From: a virus
Taxonomy: Duplodnaviria; Caudoviricetes
Strand: one strand, 5' to 3'
Virus record (IMG/VR): IMGVR_UViG_3300031848_000026
Location: 1 to 30,253 of that record
DNA: 30,253 nucleotides
The translations under genes and the position numbers were made by a program. Positions 1 to 13,300 of the stretch are shown one piece after another. Every line of letters starts with the position of its first letter. Position 1 is the stretch's first letter. Under the pieces are notes generated by a model, which was not told the DNA's origin, searched no databases, and was given only the letters and a program-made list of their open reading frames with translations.

Positions 1-737
1 CTTTTAACACTTAATTGATAATCTGTACTACTTGCTGCGTTGCCTCTTAAAAAATTACTTGCTGGTATCGATGTGTTTCCGACTACTAATGCTTCTGCTT
101 TTTCGGCAGTTCCGTAATATTTTAGTGCTTGTACACCAATAATTGCTTCGTTAGCAATATTCATACCAGGGTTAATACCTGTTCTAAATCCTTTTATTGA
201 AGTTTTAGGAACAAAGCTCTGGCTACTAATAATAATTACTGGCTGATCTTCGACCTTAATTGATAATACATTGTAAGTTATATCGTCAGTACCTATAATT
301 GCCTGGGCCTGGGCTCCTGTTAGTAGACCATCACTAAAGTCTGGTCCAACAAGTACCCACGAGCTGCCTGTAAACAAATATAGCTGCTGACTTTCTGTGT
401 TAACCCACAAGTCGCCTGCGCTTGAGTTTGCTACTGCCGGAGCAGCACTTGCTTTTTTAAGTCCGCCGCTTGCTACCCAGTTAGTTCCGTCATACACTTT
501 AAGTTGATCTACTCCTTGAGTAGAGTCATACCAAAGTTGTCCTTCTACTGGACGTAACGGTGCTGTAGTATTTGCAAAGTTTTCTAATAAGTGTAAAAAG
601 TTTTCATTTACTGCTTGACCGTATGCTGTTGTGCCACGACCAGGAAAGTTTAAAGTAGTTTCACTATTAAGAGTGTTATCAGCAACAATTATTGTTCCTT
701 TATTAACAGTGTCAGTGTAGCTTATTGTATATGGCAT
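1..737 (-). CDS. Tail fibre / baseplate-attached virion protein, 5' part (runs off window start; missing from ORF track)
   Basis: ATG at 737-735, preceded by TAAGGAATAAACT (SD AAGGA overlapping the upstream TAA). Frame is open to the window edge: MPYTISYTDTVNKGTIIVADNTLNSETTLNFPGRGTTAYGQAVNENFLHLLENFANTTAPLRPVEGQLWYD... The ENFxxLLENFA..P....GQLWYD N-terminus is typical of fibre-like proteins of large myoviruses. Confidence 0.75.
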   Translation of the reverse strand, partial: MPYTISYTDTVNKGTIIVADNTLNSETTLNFPGRGTTAYGQAVNENFLHLLENFANTTAPLRPVEGQLWYDSTQGVDQLKVYDGTNWVASGGLKKASAAPAVANSSAGDLWVNTESQQLYLFTGSSWVLVGPDFSDGLLTGAQAQAIIGTDDITYNVLSIKVEDQPVIIISSQSFVPKTSIKGFRTGINPGMNIANEAIIGVQALKYYGTAEKAEALVVGNTSIPASNFLRGNAASSTDYQLSVK

Positions 738-747
738 AGTTTATTCC

Positions 748-1350
748 TTACCCTGCCAAACTTTGTACACGCACTGTGTAATCAATTTGGATTAATCTGT
801 TAAGTGACTTTTGAACTGGGTGGAAAATAACATGTGTAATCAGTCTGCCTGTTCCGGCTGCACTATAGCTACGTAATCCTAATTCATCAAATACATACGC
901 ACTGTCTGTTGCACTTGCAGTATCAAATGCATCTTGTCCATTTGGTTCACCGTAATCTAATAAACAACTTACTACAATATCAGTATAGTTTGTTCCACTA
1001 ACATGTCTAGTTTCTAGTTTGTTTCTTGCAGGATCAGTGTTGTTTACACTTCTGTCGTCAACAACCTTAGTATAGGTTTGATTGTATAGACTTGCATTAG
1101 TTCCTGTGCTATTAGGTGTTAAATATGTAATAATACCAGTTGGATCGACGCTTGTTCCGCCGTTTCCAAAGCTCATTTCATATATAAATCCTGCTCCAGC
1201 GTTTGCTAAACTATCTGCTAGTGCAATACTCATATTCTCATAATGGATTGCATTGCGCTTGTCAATGTATACCTTTTGTGATTCAGGGTCAAATATCTTA
1301 ATATGTCCCTGAACTAGTACTCCGTTTGTGTCCTGCATGTTATCGCTCAT
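748..1350 (-). CDS. Conserved phage virion structural protein, 200 aa (possibly a baseplate/fibre-attachment protein)
   Basis: Intact ORF with upstream SD (AGGA) and a TAAATA motif. It lies between the giant wedge protein and the fibre gene. The beta-rich C-terminus FDELGL...LITHVIFHPVQKSLNRLIQIDYTV is reminiscent of tail-collar/fibre-attachment domains (weak). Confidence 0.65.
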   Translation of the reverse strand: MSDNMQDTNGVLVQGHIKIFDPESQKVYIDKRNAIHYENMSIALADSLANAGAGFIYEMSFGNGGTSVDPTGIITYLTPNSTGTNASLYNQTYTKVVDDRSVNNTDPARNKLETRHVSGTNYTDIVVSCLLDYGEPNGQDAFDTASATDSAYVFDELGLRSYSAAGTGRLITHVIFHPVQKSLNRLIQIDYTVRVQSLAG

Positions 1351-1369
1351 TTAATTTTTTCCTATACTG

Positions 1370-1375
1370 TATTTA
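1370..1375 (-). promoter_or_regulatory. Putative late promoter core TAAATA overlapping the stop codon of the giant gene
   Basis: Minus strand reads AATAAATACAGTATAGGAAAAAATTAA-ATG. It resembles the T4 gp55 late promoter TATAAATA, and the same motif precedes other late genes. Confidence 0.6.
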
Positions 1376-4300
1376 TTCAGGTAGCTCAGATGTTCCTGCA
1401 CGTAAGAATCTTGCAATACTATTTTCTGTATCACCCAATGATTCTCCGAAAGTTGTCCAACTTTGGCCCACTTTTTTCACAATTGTTACTCTTGTATCTT
1501 TTGCAGGAGTTGCAAGTAATGTAATTACGTTAGTTTCTGTATCAAACGTAAAGTCTGCTACAATTGTAGTATCCCCTTCTGGACTATCTAGTGCAGTTAC
1601 AGGATTAAACACATCTAACGTAGTCTTACGCATACGTGTGCCTGCCACAAACACTTCAATCTCATTAATTGATGCAACAGGGTAACTAACTGTAAACTCG
1701 CTTGTAGCGCCGTCTGCTGTAGCGTTATGGGCCAAGGTTTGATCTTTATAAGGTATAGTTTTACTTATGTTCTGATCGTATACCTTAGTATCTAATGTGT
1801 AAGTATTCTTAACTCCAGTACCTAATGTCCCTCTACGTAGTTGGCGCAGTGTATTACTTTCTTTTACAAAGTACTCAATGCGCTCGCCATCAATAAAGAT
1901 TACACCAGGTAAATTTTGTCCCTTGTTTGGATCTGACAACTGGCTTGCATCGGTTAACTCAACTCTTAAATCGTAATAATTTAATGGTTGTGCTAGTTTA
2001 GTAGCTGCTTTATCAAGACGCTTAAAATGTGTCCTATTCAACATATCTTTAAACTGTCTATATGCAAATTTAGCTGTACTTGCTGCAGAAGTAAAGTGAA
2101 TAACGTCTATAATATCATCAGCTGCTGGTGTTCTTACTAATTGAACTTTTAGCCTGTCACTAGTTATAGCATAGTCTACACTAGGTGTTAACAGTTCGCC
2201 GTTTACACTTACCCAAACATATTCTGCATCAATTGCAGGCTTACGTAACGTAATTTCACCAACTGTTAATCTATTGTACGTAACATAATCAACATCTGTT
2301 TCAAGTAGCGTAGCTCTGTTAACTACATCATAAGTCATACGCTCAAGGCCTAGCAAGTTGTGGTTAGTAAATTGAATTACTTCAATTACTGCTCCAGCTG
2401 CTGGTGCTGCATCTAATGTTATTGCAGTTCCATTTAACCTATATGCACCGTCTGTTATCACATACATTTCTAGTAAGTCGCCAGGTGCTCCGACTTCGTC
2501 TGCTAGTGTAATGGCGCTGTTTGCAATTTCAAAACGCCATTGTAGCGGAGTCGTAATTGCAATGCCATTTAAGAATATCTTAACATCAGAAACATCTAAA
2601 CTACCTGCTGGCATCTGGAATATTTCTAGTGGAAATTCTCTTTGACTGTTTGCAGGAATCGTATACTGTATATTGTATCCTGCACTTAAAATAGTATTAT
2701 TTACTTTAACAATTACATTATGTTCTGTTGGTATAGCATACAGTGGTGCATTTGCTAGTGTAAATACCGTTGTTGCTGCATCGCCAGTAAACGTATCTTT
2801 AGTAATTTGACTATAGTTAATTTGTGTATTTGCTGAGAACACAGTATAATTAATTACATCACCTACTGCAACAACTTCATCAAATCTGATAGTTGTCTTA
2901 GGACCAGTTTCTGATTTAAACGCTATAACTGTTTGTTGTACTCCGTTAATGCTTGCGTAAACAGTTACGTTAGTTTCCCAATCAACTGTAGTTTCAAAAT
3001 CAGTAGCGGAACCATCACCAATTAGCTGTCCAAAGTCTAGTATATTCTGTGTACCTTGCGCAACTGTTACAATACTAAGTTCTGCTCCTACTGTTACTGT
3101 ATTAAGTGTTACTTCGCCTGCAGCCCAATTAATTGTATAATCAGTTTGTGGTAATATATTATTAGCAACTTTTACAATTACAGCATCTTTACTATTTGGA
3201 GTAACTCCTAATCTGTAAGTTAGATTGCTGTTAGCTTGCATTATATAACTTTGACTGTTAATAATACCCTGGCCTTTACTGTCTCTTGTAAATACCTTGA
3301 TATCTAATGTGTCTAGAATCTGTCCAGGTACAATTTCCTCAGGGCCTCCTGAAGTAGTAGGTGTAACAAAACCGTCGCCGTCTACAATAATTTCTTCTGC
3401 TGCAATACCACGTGCTGATGTGTAAGATAAGTTGCCGCCACTTAGTGCAGTATCATAACTGTTAGTATCAGGAATAACACTACCATCACTTGAGGTTTTT
3501 CTTACAACGAATATATCGTTGTCTAATAGAGTTATTTCTAAGTCTTGTACATATACTATGTCAGTTATGCCATCGCCTGTAATACTGTTTGTAATAGCAT
3601 TTACATTAGTTGCAGTTCCTAAATCAAAGTTAGGATCGTCAATTCTTACGCCGTTTTTATAAAGATTATAAACAACTCCATCTGCTAATGGAGCACTTAA
3701 TTGTACTGCAATTGTAGATCCGTCTGCTGTAAATACTTCATCTTCAAAAGTATTATCAAATTCATCCCAATTATCAGTATACCAGCCGGCTGTGTCAAAA
3801 CCAGCAGGGCCATCAAAGTCAAAACTGCGTACTTCAACTCCGCCATAATCTGTGCCTGTCATTAATTGTGCAAAATCAGTGCCATACATGCCTGCCACTG
3901 GATTGTATGCATGTGTTATTCTATCTTCTGCACTTAACATGCTTAAAGGAATGTTGTATTCAACACGCACAACTGTATTTACTTTCGGAGGAGTTGTAAA
4001 TAACACCTTGCCTTGATTCCTAATATAAGTTTTGTCAGTATTTTCAATATTTGTAAATGTATACTTGCTACGCAATTGTAAAATATTATCCACATATACA
4101 TTAACTTTCTTAGTATCTAGATTCATTGGCCATTCTAAGAAGAATCTATTTTCAAATCCTGTTCCAGTAAAGGTTTCAATTTTTGCAAGTGTACTAAATG
4201 TAACTTTTCCGCTAGTTCTGTCAAACTTAATTTTGATACTTGGACTTCTTACTAATCCGTTACCTAAAATAGCAGTTGCGTTAGCAACAGTTCCTATGTC

Positions 4301-7300
4301 TGTTTGTGATCCCGATATAACAACTGTCGGTGCGCTTGTGTATCCAGATCCTGGATTTGTTACTTTAATACTAGTAATTTTTCCATAACCTAAATATGCC
4401 TTTGCTGTTGCGCCTGTTCCGTTGCCGCCAACTAAAGTAACAACAGGTTCATAAGTAAATCCACTGCCGCCATTGCCTAGTTTAATTCCAGTTATTTGAT
4501 AACCGTGATTATCATTCCAGTTTTTTCTAGGGTAACTAGTAGTGTCTAAGTTTGCTCTTTTAATTGTGCCGTCTAAAATAATTGCTCTACTCGGATCAAT
4601 TGTTTTAGTAATGCTATTGTATACTGGTGGTAAATCAAAATCACTAACACTACTGTTCGTAGGATCTATTGCATTGTATTCGCTAACAAATTCTCTTATC
4701 TTTGTTGAATAAGGTTTAAATTCTTCAACAAAGTTTTGATAGCTTGCAAGATTATCATTGTTAAATGTAATGTCTTTTTGGTTTAATGTTTCTCTGTTGT
4801 GCTTTGCTTTGACAAAACTTGTTTTAAACATCCAATCAACTGATTGCTGTTCTGACATTACATAACGTAACGCAGCCATAAACAAATTATTATATTCAAC
4901 TTCTAACTCGCCTACAAAAATATTATCCCTAATAGCTCCGAGTATAATTCTTAATTCTACGCTTGGGTTATTATCATAAAAATTACTATCAAAGCTACGG
5001 TTGTCAAATCCTACAGTATTCTTACTGTAATCGTACAACGTATCCTTAAATTGTAAAGTTCCATTCTTTCGGCCAATAGTATCATAATTAATTGTGTAGT
5101 CTTCGGTATCTTGGTCATCTACTTTTCTTAATAGTAGCCAACCTCCTGATCCTACATTTTCAATTTTTACAATGTCGCCAAGGTTATTTTCTAATGAAGG
5201 CAACTGGTAAGAACCAATAATTGTGTCATTAATATGTGTAAACTGATTATATCCACGTGCGTACCAGTCAACATAATTCCAATACAATTCTGTATTATAA
5301 CTTTGTAGTTTTCTTCTAAACCAAACAGTTCCGTTCCACGAATATAATGCCCATTTATCTTGCACACTTTCGTCAGCACTAACTAGTACTGTAAATGGTC
5401 TAACAGTAATACTTGTAGTTGCATCGTATCCGCTACCTTGATTAGTAATAGTAGCAGAAATAACCTGTCCTAAGTTATTAATAGTAACATTAAAATTAGC
5501 GTCTTGTCCGGAGCTGCTGCTAATTTTAAAAGTAGGAACTACTTTGTATCCTCTGCCAGAATTAGTAATATTAATTCTAGATATTCTGCCGTTAGTAATT
5601 ACAGGTGTTAGTGTAGCCGGAGTAATCTTATTTGTGCTTACAAAAGTAAGTTCAGATAACGTGTCTGTTACTAGGTCATATTCTCTAGATATTACAGTCG
5701 GAGCAATATCTTTTTGTGCTAACTTAGTAATATCAAATTGGTCAACTGCTAGACTTTCAGCTAACTTTAGATTTATTCTTTCAATAGTCTGCTTTAGTGC
5801 TTCAAATCGATTAACAAACATACTTTGTCTTGGGCGGTTTTGTACACCATAACGATTTTTAACAGATATAGTTGGATCTGGAACAATTCTGTCATTACTA
5901 TCAAAGCCAATTAAGCTGTCAAACCACTTGCGTTCAATATCTGCATCAGGCTTACTTGTGTTTAACCCATCTGATATTAGTTTGTATTGACTGTGTGTAT
6001 TTTGTGTCTTCTTGGGTCCTGTTGAATACTTAATGTTCAATACTAAATCGTCATTATCGAGGAACGTATCAAAATTATTGATTACAAACTTGCTATCAGA
6101 AAGCAAACTTACAAAAGGATATCCTTGTAGTCTTGGATTCTCAATAAGTGATGTAATATCACTGATGCTTAATTTTCTGTGTTCCATAACAGGAACTGTA
6201 ACTTTGTTAACTACCCAAAAGTAATATACATTACTAAATGTTTTACTAACTTCGTTATATATTATTTTAGTAGAATATTTAGTATCGCCAAATAAACTCG
6301 TGCCACTAATTTTCGCTTCAATGCCGGAAGGAGTATCTGCTATACTATCCCAAACACTAGGAATAAAGTTACTTGCTACCCATTCAAATATATCAATTCT
6401 CGCATTAGGAGTTAATTTATTCCAGTTATTTTTTTGGAATGTAGTTGAACCTTGATATGCATGAGTAAATTTAGCAGTACTAATATTCCACCATACTTGT
6501 CCAACGTGTGTCTCGCACCATGCCCTGTTAGGGTCAACTGAGTTATCTAAAAGATTACCTGTATTGTATACAGCAGGATCAAACGGAGTTTTAAATGTAA
6601 TTTCTTGATCTGCTGGGCCAGCTATTTTACCTTGTACTGGATCAATATAATCAATATAACTTACAATAGTATTCTCACGCTTGTTGTATAAAAACATTCC
6701 TTGAATGTTATCTACGTCTACTGGAGTAATGCCTTCGCTAATTATGTTCCATGCAAATGTATTTTTATTTTTTCTAAAGTCAAGCAATTGCCCTTTGTTT
6801 CCAGCTGTGTCATTCGCGTCGGTGCCGCCTGTTGAATCTATAAGTTGATCTGGCATACCAATATAAACGTGATTGCCGTTGGCATAAATGTTTTCGCCGA
6901 AGGTAGTTTGTGTTAACGGATAAACAAATTGCTCTGAATATATTAAACTGTTGTTAACTGTTTCGTATACATAAACAACACCTTTGTCAAGTTTTACGTT
7001 TGCAAAATTTGTAAACTCGTTGTCAAACGTTGTTGCAGTATCTTCAGTTACAGAATATACCGTAACATCAAATGTAGTTGGTATTACTTGGTCGCCATTT
7101 AAACTCGATACTACTAAGTTATCTATGCCAAAGTCTAGTCCAAAGCCGAAGCCTTCACTTTCTTCATTTTGTGGAGGTGTTAGTGTTTGTGTTAAAGTAA
7201 ATGTGCCATTAGTTTGTGTGTAAACATCTACAACACCTTGGTTAGCTTTACTTGTATCGTTTAACATTGAACTAATTGCAAGCTGTGTGCCTTTAGGATT

Positions 7301-10300
7301 TAGTGCAACTTTGTCAGCCCAGCCGGTAATATCATTAGGAGCAGTTATTACTTGATCTACTTGGAATTTATCTCCTACTGCACGATAAATCACAAGCTTT
7401 GTTCTTACTGTGCTATCATTTTCTACTTCTTGTTGATTACTTGTTACTACTAACACTTGTGCATCATTACTAATATCAAAGCTCTTACTAAATTCTAGTA
7501 TGTTTTCGATAGGATCAAATACAGTTTCATTATAAAATGCATTTGCAGTTAGATTTGGCAAGTAGCCTAAATAATCAACATTAGTACTAATACTTGTCCA
7601 AGAGTTATTTGACGAACTTGGTGTTGCTGCACCTGTTGCTACATTAGTTGCTGCTTTCCATAATGTATTACTTACTACAACAATATTACCCGTTTTATAA
7701 GTGTAAGTATTATCAAATGTTCCGCGATAGTTTGAATCCTTGCCGTGCTTCCAACTAATTTTATTCCAGTAAATTGGATCAAGTATAACATTTTGTATTG
7801 CTGTTGTTGCTTTAAGGCAAATATAATAATCGTCTTTATATATTACAACATCATCAATCACATATGCACTTAGTTTGTATTCGCCTTTAAAACTATCAGT
7901 TGCTAGTGTACCATGACGGAATATTTCAATTGCGCCAGGGTGTACACGCCTACCTGTACTATCTGTTTCATTTGCACTTGCAACACTATTACTAGCAACT
8001 AATAAAGTATAATAATTTCCAGTTTGTACTATTGCAACATTGTCACCAAAGTGTCTGTTTGATACTCTATATTCTGACACTAATGTATGCTGTAATCTAT
8101 AAGTACCATCTCGCAGTCTTCTATATATAGCAACTGCACCTTCATTTGCTAGTACAGGACTTGTACCTGTTTTCTCTGCAAGAATATTATATACTTGTGT
8201 GTAATCTTTGTTTAAGGTATATGGAGGATTTGGTAAACGCTGGACACCTTCTTCTGTAGTTTCATCAAAGAACCAATATTCTTCATCAACAATAGTCGGT
8301 GTAGTAACAATATTAAAGTTATTGTTATGTTCGAACACTACTAATTTGCCAACTAATGTATTACCTACTACTATACTATTATTAATGTCAGTTATTGTGC
8401 CAATTGTGCGGCCAATATCAGTGGCACCGCGTAATCCAACATTTGCTTCTCTGTAAACTTGATAGCGTCCAATGTTCGATTGTTCTGTCCACTCGCCAGT
8501 TAAGACTTTTACATAAACTCTAATACTATTAAAATTACGTTTTATAAACATAACTTCAGCAGTACTTGTAGTAATTGTTGTTAATGCAAGGCCACCTGTG
8601 CCATCACGGGGTGTTTGTACATCCGAAATTGTGTCGCCTACTTGAGGCTCGTATCCAAAGCCTTGGAAGTCAAATTCTGTTAACGTAAAGTCAATGTATC
8701 CGTCCCATATATCAGCAACAGTTTGTGCTTTGTTTAGAATATCATATGTAAATCCTGCACTTGCAACATCAATAATTCTGTTGTCAAGATTGTATAAACG
8801 GAACTCTTGTGTTTCACCAATTGTTAAATAATCACTAAATGTCTTGCCTACTCTAGCTACCCATTTATTACTCAGTAAATCTCTCTCAACACCGTCTTGT
8901 GCATCAGCGCCTGACGGATCACCTCGATATGACAATTGTTCAATATAGCTTACATTATTTTTGTTAGTAACATATGTACCAATTGTGCCGACTGTGTTTT
9001 GAATATTATAATAGTTATTAATAGCTCTTACTGAGCCTTGTAGTTTAACATCAGCATACACTAAGCCTCGGCCTTGTTCATAATACACACTATTGTTTGA
9101 ATAAGTAAATCCTGTATTAATCATCCAGAAGCCGCCTAGTACTGCACTTGTAGCATATGTGTCTGCTTCTGAATAAAATCCTACAAAGTCTAATTCATTA
9201 ATAAACATTTCGCCAGTAACATTAAAAACACCATTTGTGTTTTTAACATAAACAACTGCACTGTCTAGGCGCTTGCCTACATATGCTACTTCTGCACTAC
9301 CTGTATCAGTTGTTACTATAGATCCTACAACCGGTAATGATACAAAAGTTTCAACAAACATTACATGATCAATTTTTTCAACAATAGTATGATCTTGACT
9401 TAAAAATGCTCCAGTAATTTCTGGAATAAGCCCTTCAAACGGAATATAGTTATCTAATGTTGGGAATGTAAAACTACGCTGGTTCCAAAATAAGTTAATT
9501 GTGTCACCGGCTGTTGTTCCAATATACATATCTTTTGGTGCCCGCACTAACATGTGACTTGTTGTGTTAGTTGCTAATCCCGGATCACCTGCAACTAAAA
9601 GATTTAATGTTGTACTATCAGCATCTGCTGCGGATGCTAAATTAACATATGTGTCAAATGTACTAAATGGCTGATTTGCAATCTGCGGTAACACTTCTCT
9701 ATTTGCTGACCATAAACTTTCTCGATACCGTACAATATTATTCTTAACATACGATGCATCTGGTTGAAAGTCAAACGTAGATGCTCCTGTACTTGCATCT
9801 GTTTTATAAGATAGATTAGTTTTAACATTACTAGCTTTCGGAATACCTACAATAAGATATTCACCGTCTGGCGATACTGCTACACTTTTGCCAAAGGCAG
9901 AATTTGTACTAACAAAAAGGTCATCATTGACTAGTATAATTTCTTGATCTAGTATTAAATTAGACTGTTCTTGTGTTCTACGGTATACTGAAACTTTTCC
10001 GTTTAAGTCATTTGGTGCTGATACAAAAACATTAGTATTACTTTCGGTTACGGCAACACTGTCACTAAACCCTTGATCCGTGCTGTCGTAATCTGACGGA
10101 TTTGTAATTGTTTGCGAATTTAAATATACAGAATTATTTTCTAATACACCCCAATCGCCTTTATAATTGTCAATCCACAATCGCTGTTTGTCGTATATAT
10201 CCTGATTTGTTGCTGCATTAATGCCTGCTGTATCACTTACTCTTATAGTTCTTAGTAATGACATTGCAAAACTTATATTATCTTCAATAGTAACAGCTTG

Positions 10301-13300
10301 GATGCCGCTGTTTAGTGGAACTCTTAGTTGTATCTTATTAAGATTAATATTATCAATTTCGTATAACCCGTTAATAGTATACTGTTGCGCTCCTCTGATA
10401 CTAACATAGTCACCAACTGTAAATAAACTTACTGCCCATTTATCTAGTGTTATTTCTACTAAATTTAATCCGTTGGCTGCAAAATTAGAAATATCAGTTT
10501 CTATGCTAATTGCATTTACAAGTCCTCGTGTTAGTTGCATAACTGACCAACTCTTATTGTCCGTGTCAGTTATCCACATAGTATCGCCTAATTTAATTTG
10601 ATTAGTATCAACGTCTGCAAGGTCTTGCAAGGAGCCAACAATAAAGTCAACATCATTTTCATTTGCATACCCAGAGGTTCTAATAAATTCATTAGTTAGT
10701 GATTTAGTAGGAAACGGTGCGTGTGTATACCCTGCAGGCTGATCGTATACGTTGTTTGGTTTAATTCTATAAATCTTATCATAGTTAGTTTCAGGCAGAG
10801 TGGTTACAAGCTCAATTGCTTGGGGCGACTCTTGGATATTTTTTTGTATTAAATTAAATCCAACTTGCTGCACATCGTCAATTGCGCCGTACCGGCCAAC
10901 TTGGATTGCCCATTCTTCGTAGAATTCCAAATTGTCGGCAGTATTACCCAATGCATCAAACAATTTAGTAAACACATTCATTGTGCCTTTGTCTGCAATT
11001 GCACCTCTGTAGAATTTAAACTGACTTACATCATCATTAATAATGTTAGCAAGATATTGGCGCTTCTGATAACCTATCAAATGCTGCGCCATTTTTTGCT
11101 GCTCAGTATCAAAGCTATCTGAATCTAAATCATAAAAGTCTGTAAACTGTGTAATTTTGTAATCAAAGTTAGTCATTAACTGTGACTCAGGTTTTTCGCT
11201 TAACTTATACCAGTTAGCTGAATTAAAGTTTTGTGTGCCATTTGCGTTAACTGTTGCAACATAGTAATACTGCTTGTACTTTACAATATCACCAATCTTG
11301 TAATCTTTCCATTGTGCCCAATCTGTAAAGCTTGCATCGTCATAAACAAATCCCGGAATATTTAATCCGCCATTCCAGTTATCTGATCTGTAACCATTTA
11401 CACGGATTCGTTCTTGTCTGTAACCTGTACTTGGATTATAAATTGTGTCGTTAAAGTCAGTAATATTGTCTATTAATACAACGTGTTCTTTTTGTATTAA
11501 CGGTAAAGACACATGATATAGACCTTCATCAGTACCAACTGTTTCGAGACCAAAGCTGTTTTGGTCTCTTAATAAACTGGTAAACTCTGAATCTAAGAAT
11601 AGTCCGTCTGCTTTAAGTAGACTATATCCATAAAACTCGTCTTTAATATTATCAACTATAACATAGTCTTTTTGGAATTCTAATAAGTTTGCAGCAGGAC
11701 TTAATGCAATTAGCGAGTTATCGGACCATCCTTGTGTTGTCCAGAATAAAAACTGCTTTGCTGCGTAATTCCAATTTTCAACTTCGTTAGTTCCAGCAAT
11801 AACATTTTCAAAATTAAATCCAATTTCTTTTTGTCTTACATTATAACCTAATATAAAGTCAATAACTTCTTGCACTGTGTCAAGTCGTGTACCATACTGA
11901 ATTCTTGTAAGTGCATTGATATCAAAGTTTTTCTTAAATGATGCTGTTCTTCCACCAGTAAGAGGAAGTGCAGGAAGCTTAACTATATTATCAGTGTCAA
12001 ATGTTCTATCACTAGTAAATGAAGTAACAACTCTATAATATGCATTATTATTTAATATTATTTCGCCGGAGATGTAAGCAGTACTACTATCCCATTCAAT
12101 TACTTTTTCAGATATTCCGCCAACTGTTACAGTACTTGTAGACGATCCATGTAGTGCAGGATAATATTCAAAGTATGGTTTTTCTGAGTTGTATCCTCTT
12201 ACTATATACCCTAGTTCAACACGTTCTACAATAATACCACTGTATATTGCTAGTTCAATAGGACTACTTGTATTTAAAAATACTTGGTAGTTTTCTTGTG
12301 GGACAAATATACCATCCTGTGTTATTGACTGTGTCGGCGACCTGCTATCAAGTATTAAATTAAACTTTTCCTTACTTGTAAAACCTGCAATTTTAATACC
12401 GAGTTGATTAGTAATTCCTGCAAGGTTAGTTTTGTATCCATCGTAAACTGATAATATATCGCTTGCTACAAGATTGTAAATATAGTTTACTAATCCTGCT
12501 GTGTTAGTTCGTGCAAGTGATTCAACTGTATTTGGTAATGTTAAATCCTTAATTACAATAGGTGCGTTTGTATCTACGTTTACCCACTGATTTGCTAAAT
12601 TCTTAGACACTCTTGAAACATCAAACCCTAATCCCATTGTTTTAGCAGGCTTGTTTAATAGCATAGCTGTTAGTACAGAAAAAGGATATTCAGAACTTCT
12701 CCGCCATGCGTTTTCAACAGGAGCATAATCTCCAAATTTAAAGTTTTGTGTAGCATTTTGCACTTGGAAGTCTTTTGCATATCTGCTATCTAGTGGTGAT
12801 AGTAATTTGCCGAGGCTGTTAACTGGGATAAAACTAGTTAATCCAGTACGTGCATAGTTAAGATCAATCCTAGTGTTTTTAGGATCAGCAATGCGTCCCT
12901 TTTCTAAGTCTCTCCAAAGTACTAAGTTATCACCTGTATAAGGTGCAGGACCATAAACTGTATTCCACCAACTTGGCTTAGTTGTTAGACCAAGCATTTC
13001 CCAAGGATGACTATGCGGGCGATCAGTATCAAATGCCCTAACATACATGCCTCTCCAGTATCCCGAGTTTACGTTACCGTCTGGCGAAGTAGTATCTTGG
13101 TAGTTAAATGTCCAATTATTTTCTCTATTATAAAACGTATTAGTCGTGTAAGTTTGATTATTTAAGTTTTGCTGTAGCCACTGCGTAAAATCACCAAGCA
13201 TTGCATTGTCAATTTCAGTTTTAGTAAATTCATTCGTTCTAAATTCTCCGCCAACAAATGTATTAACGTCTAATCTATCAGTTGAATATTCTGCTTTAAT

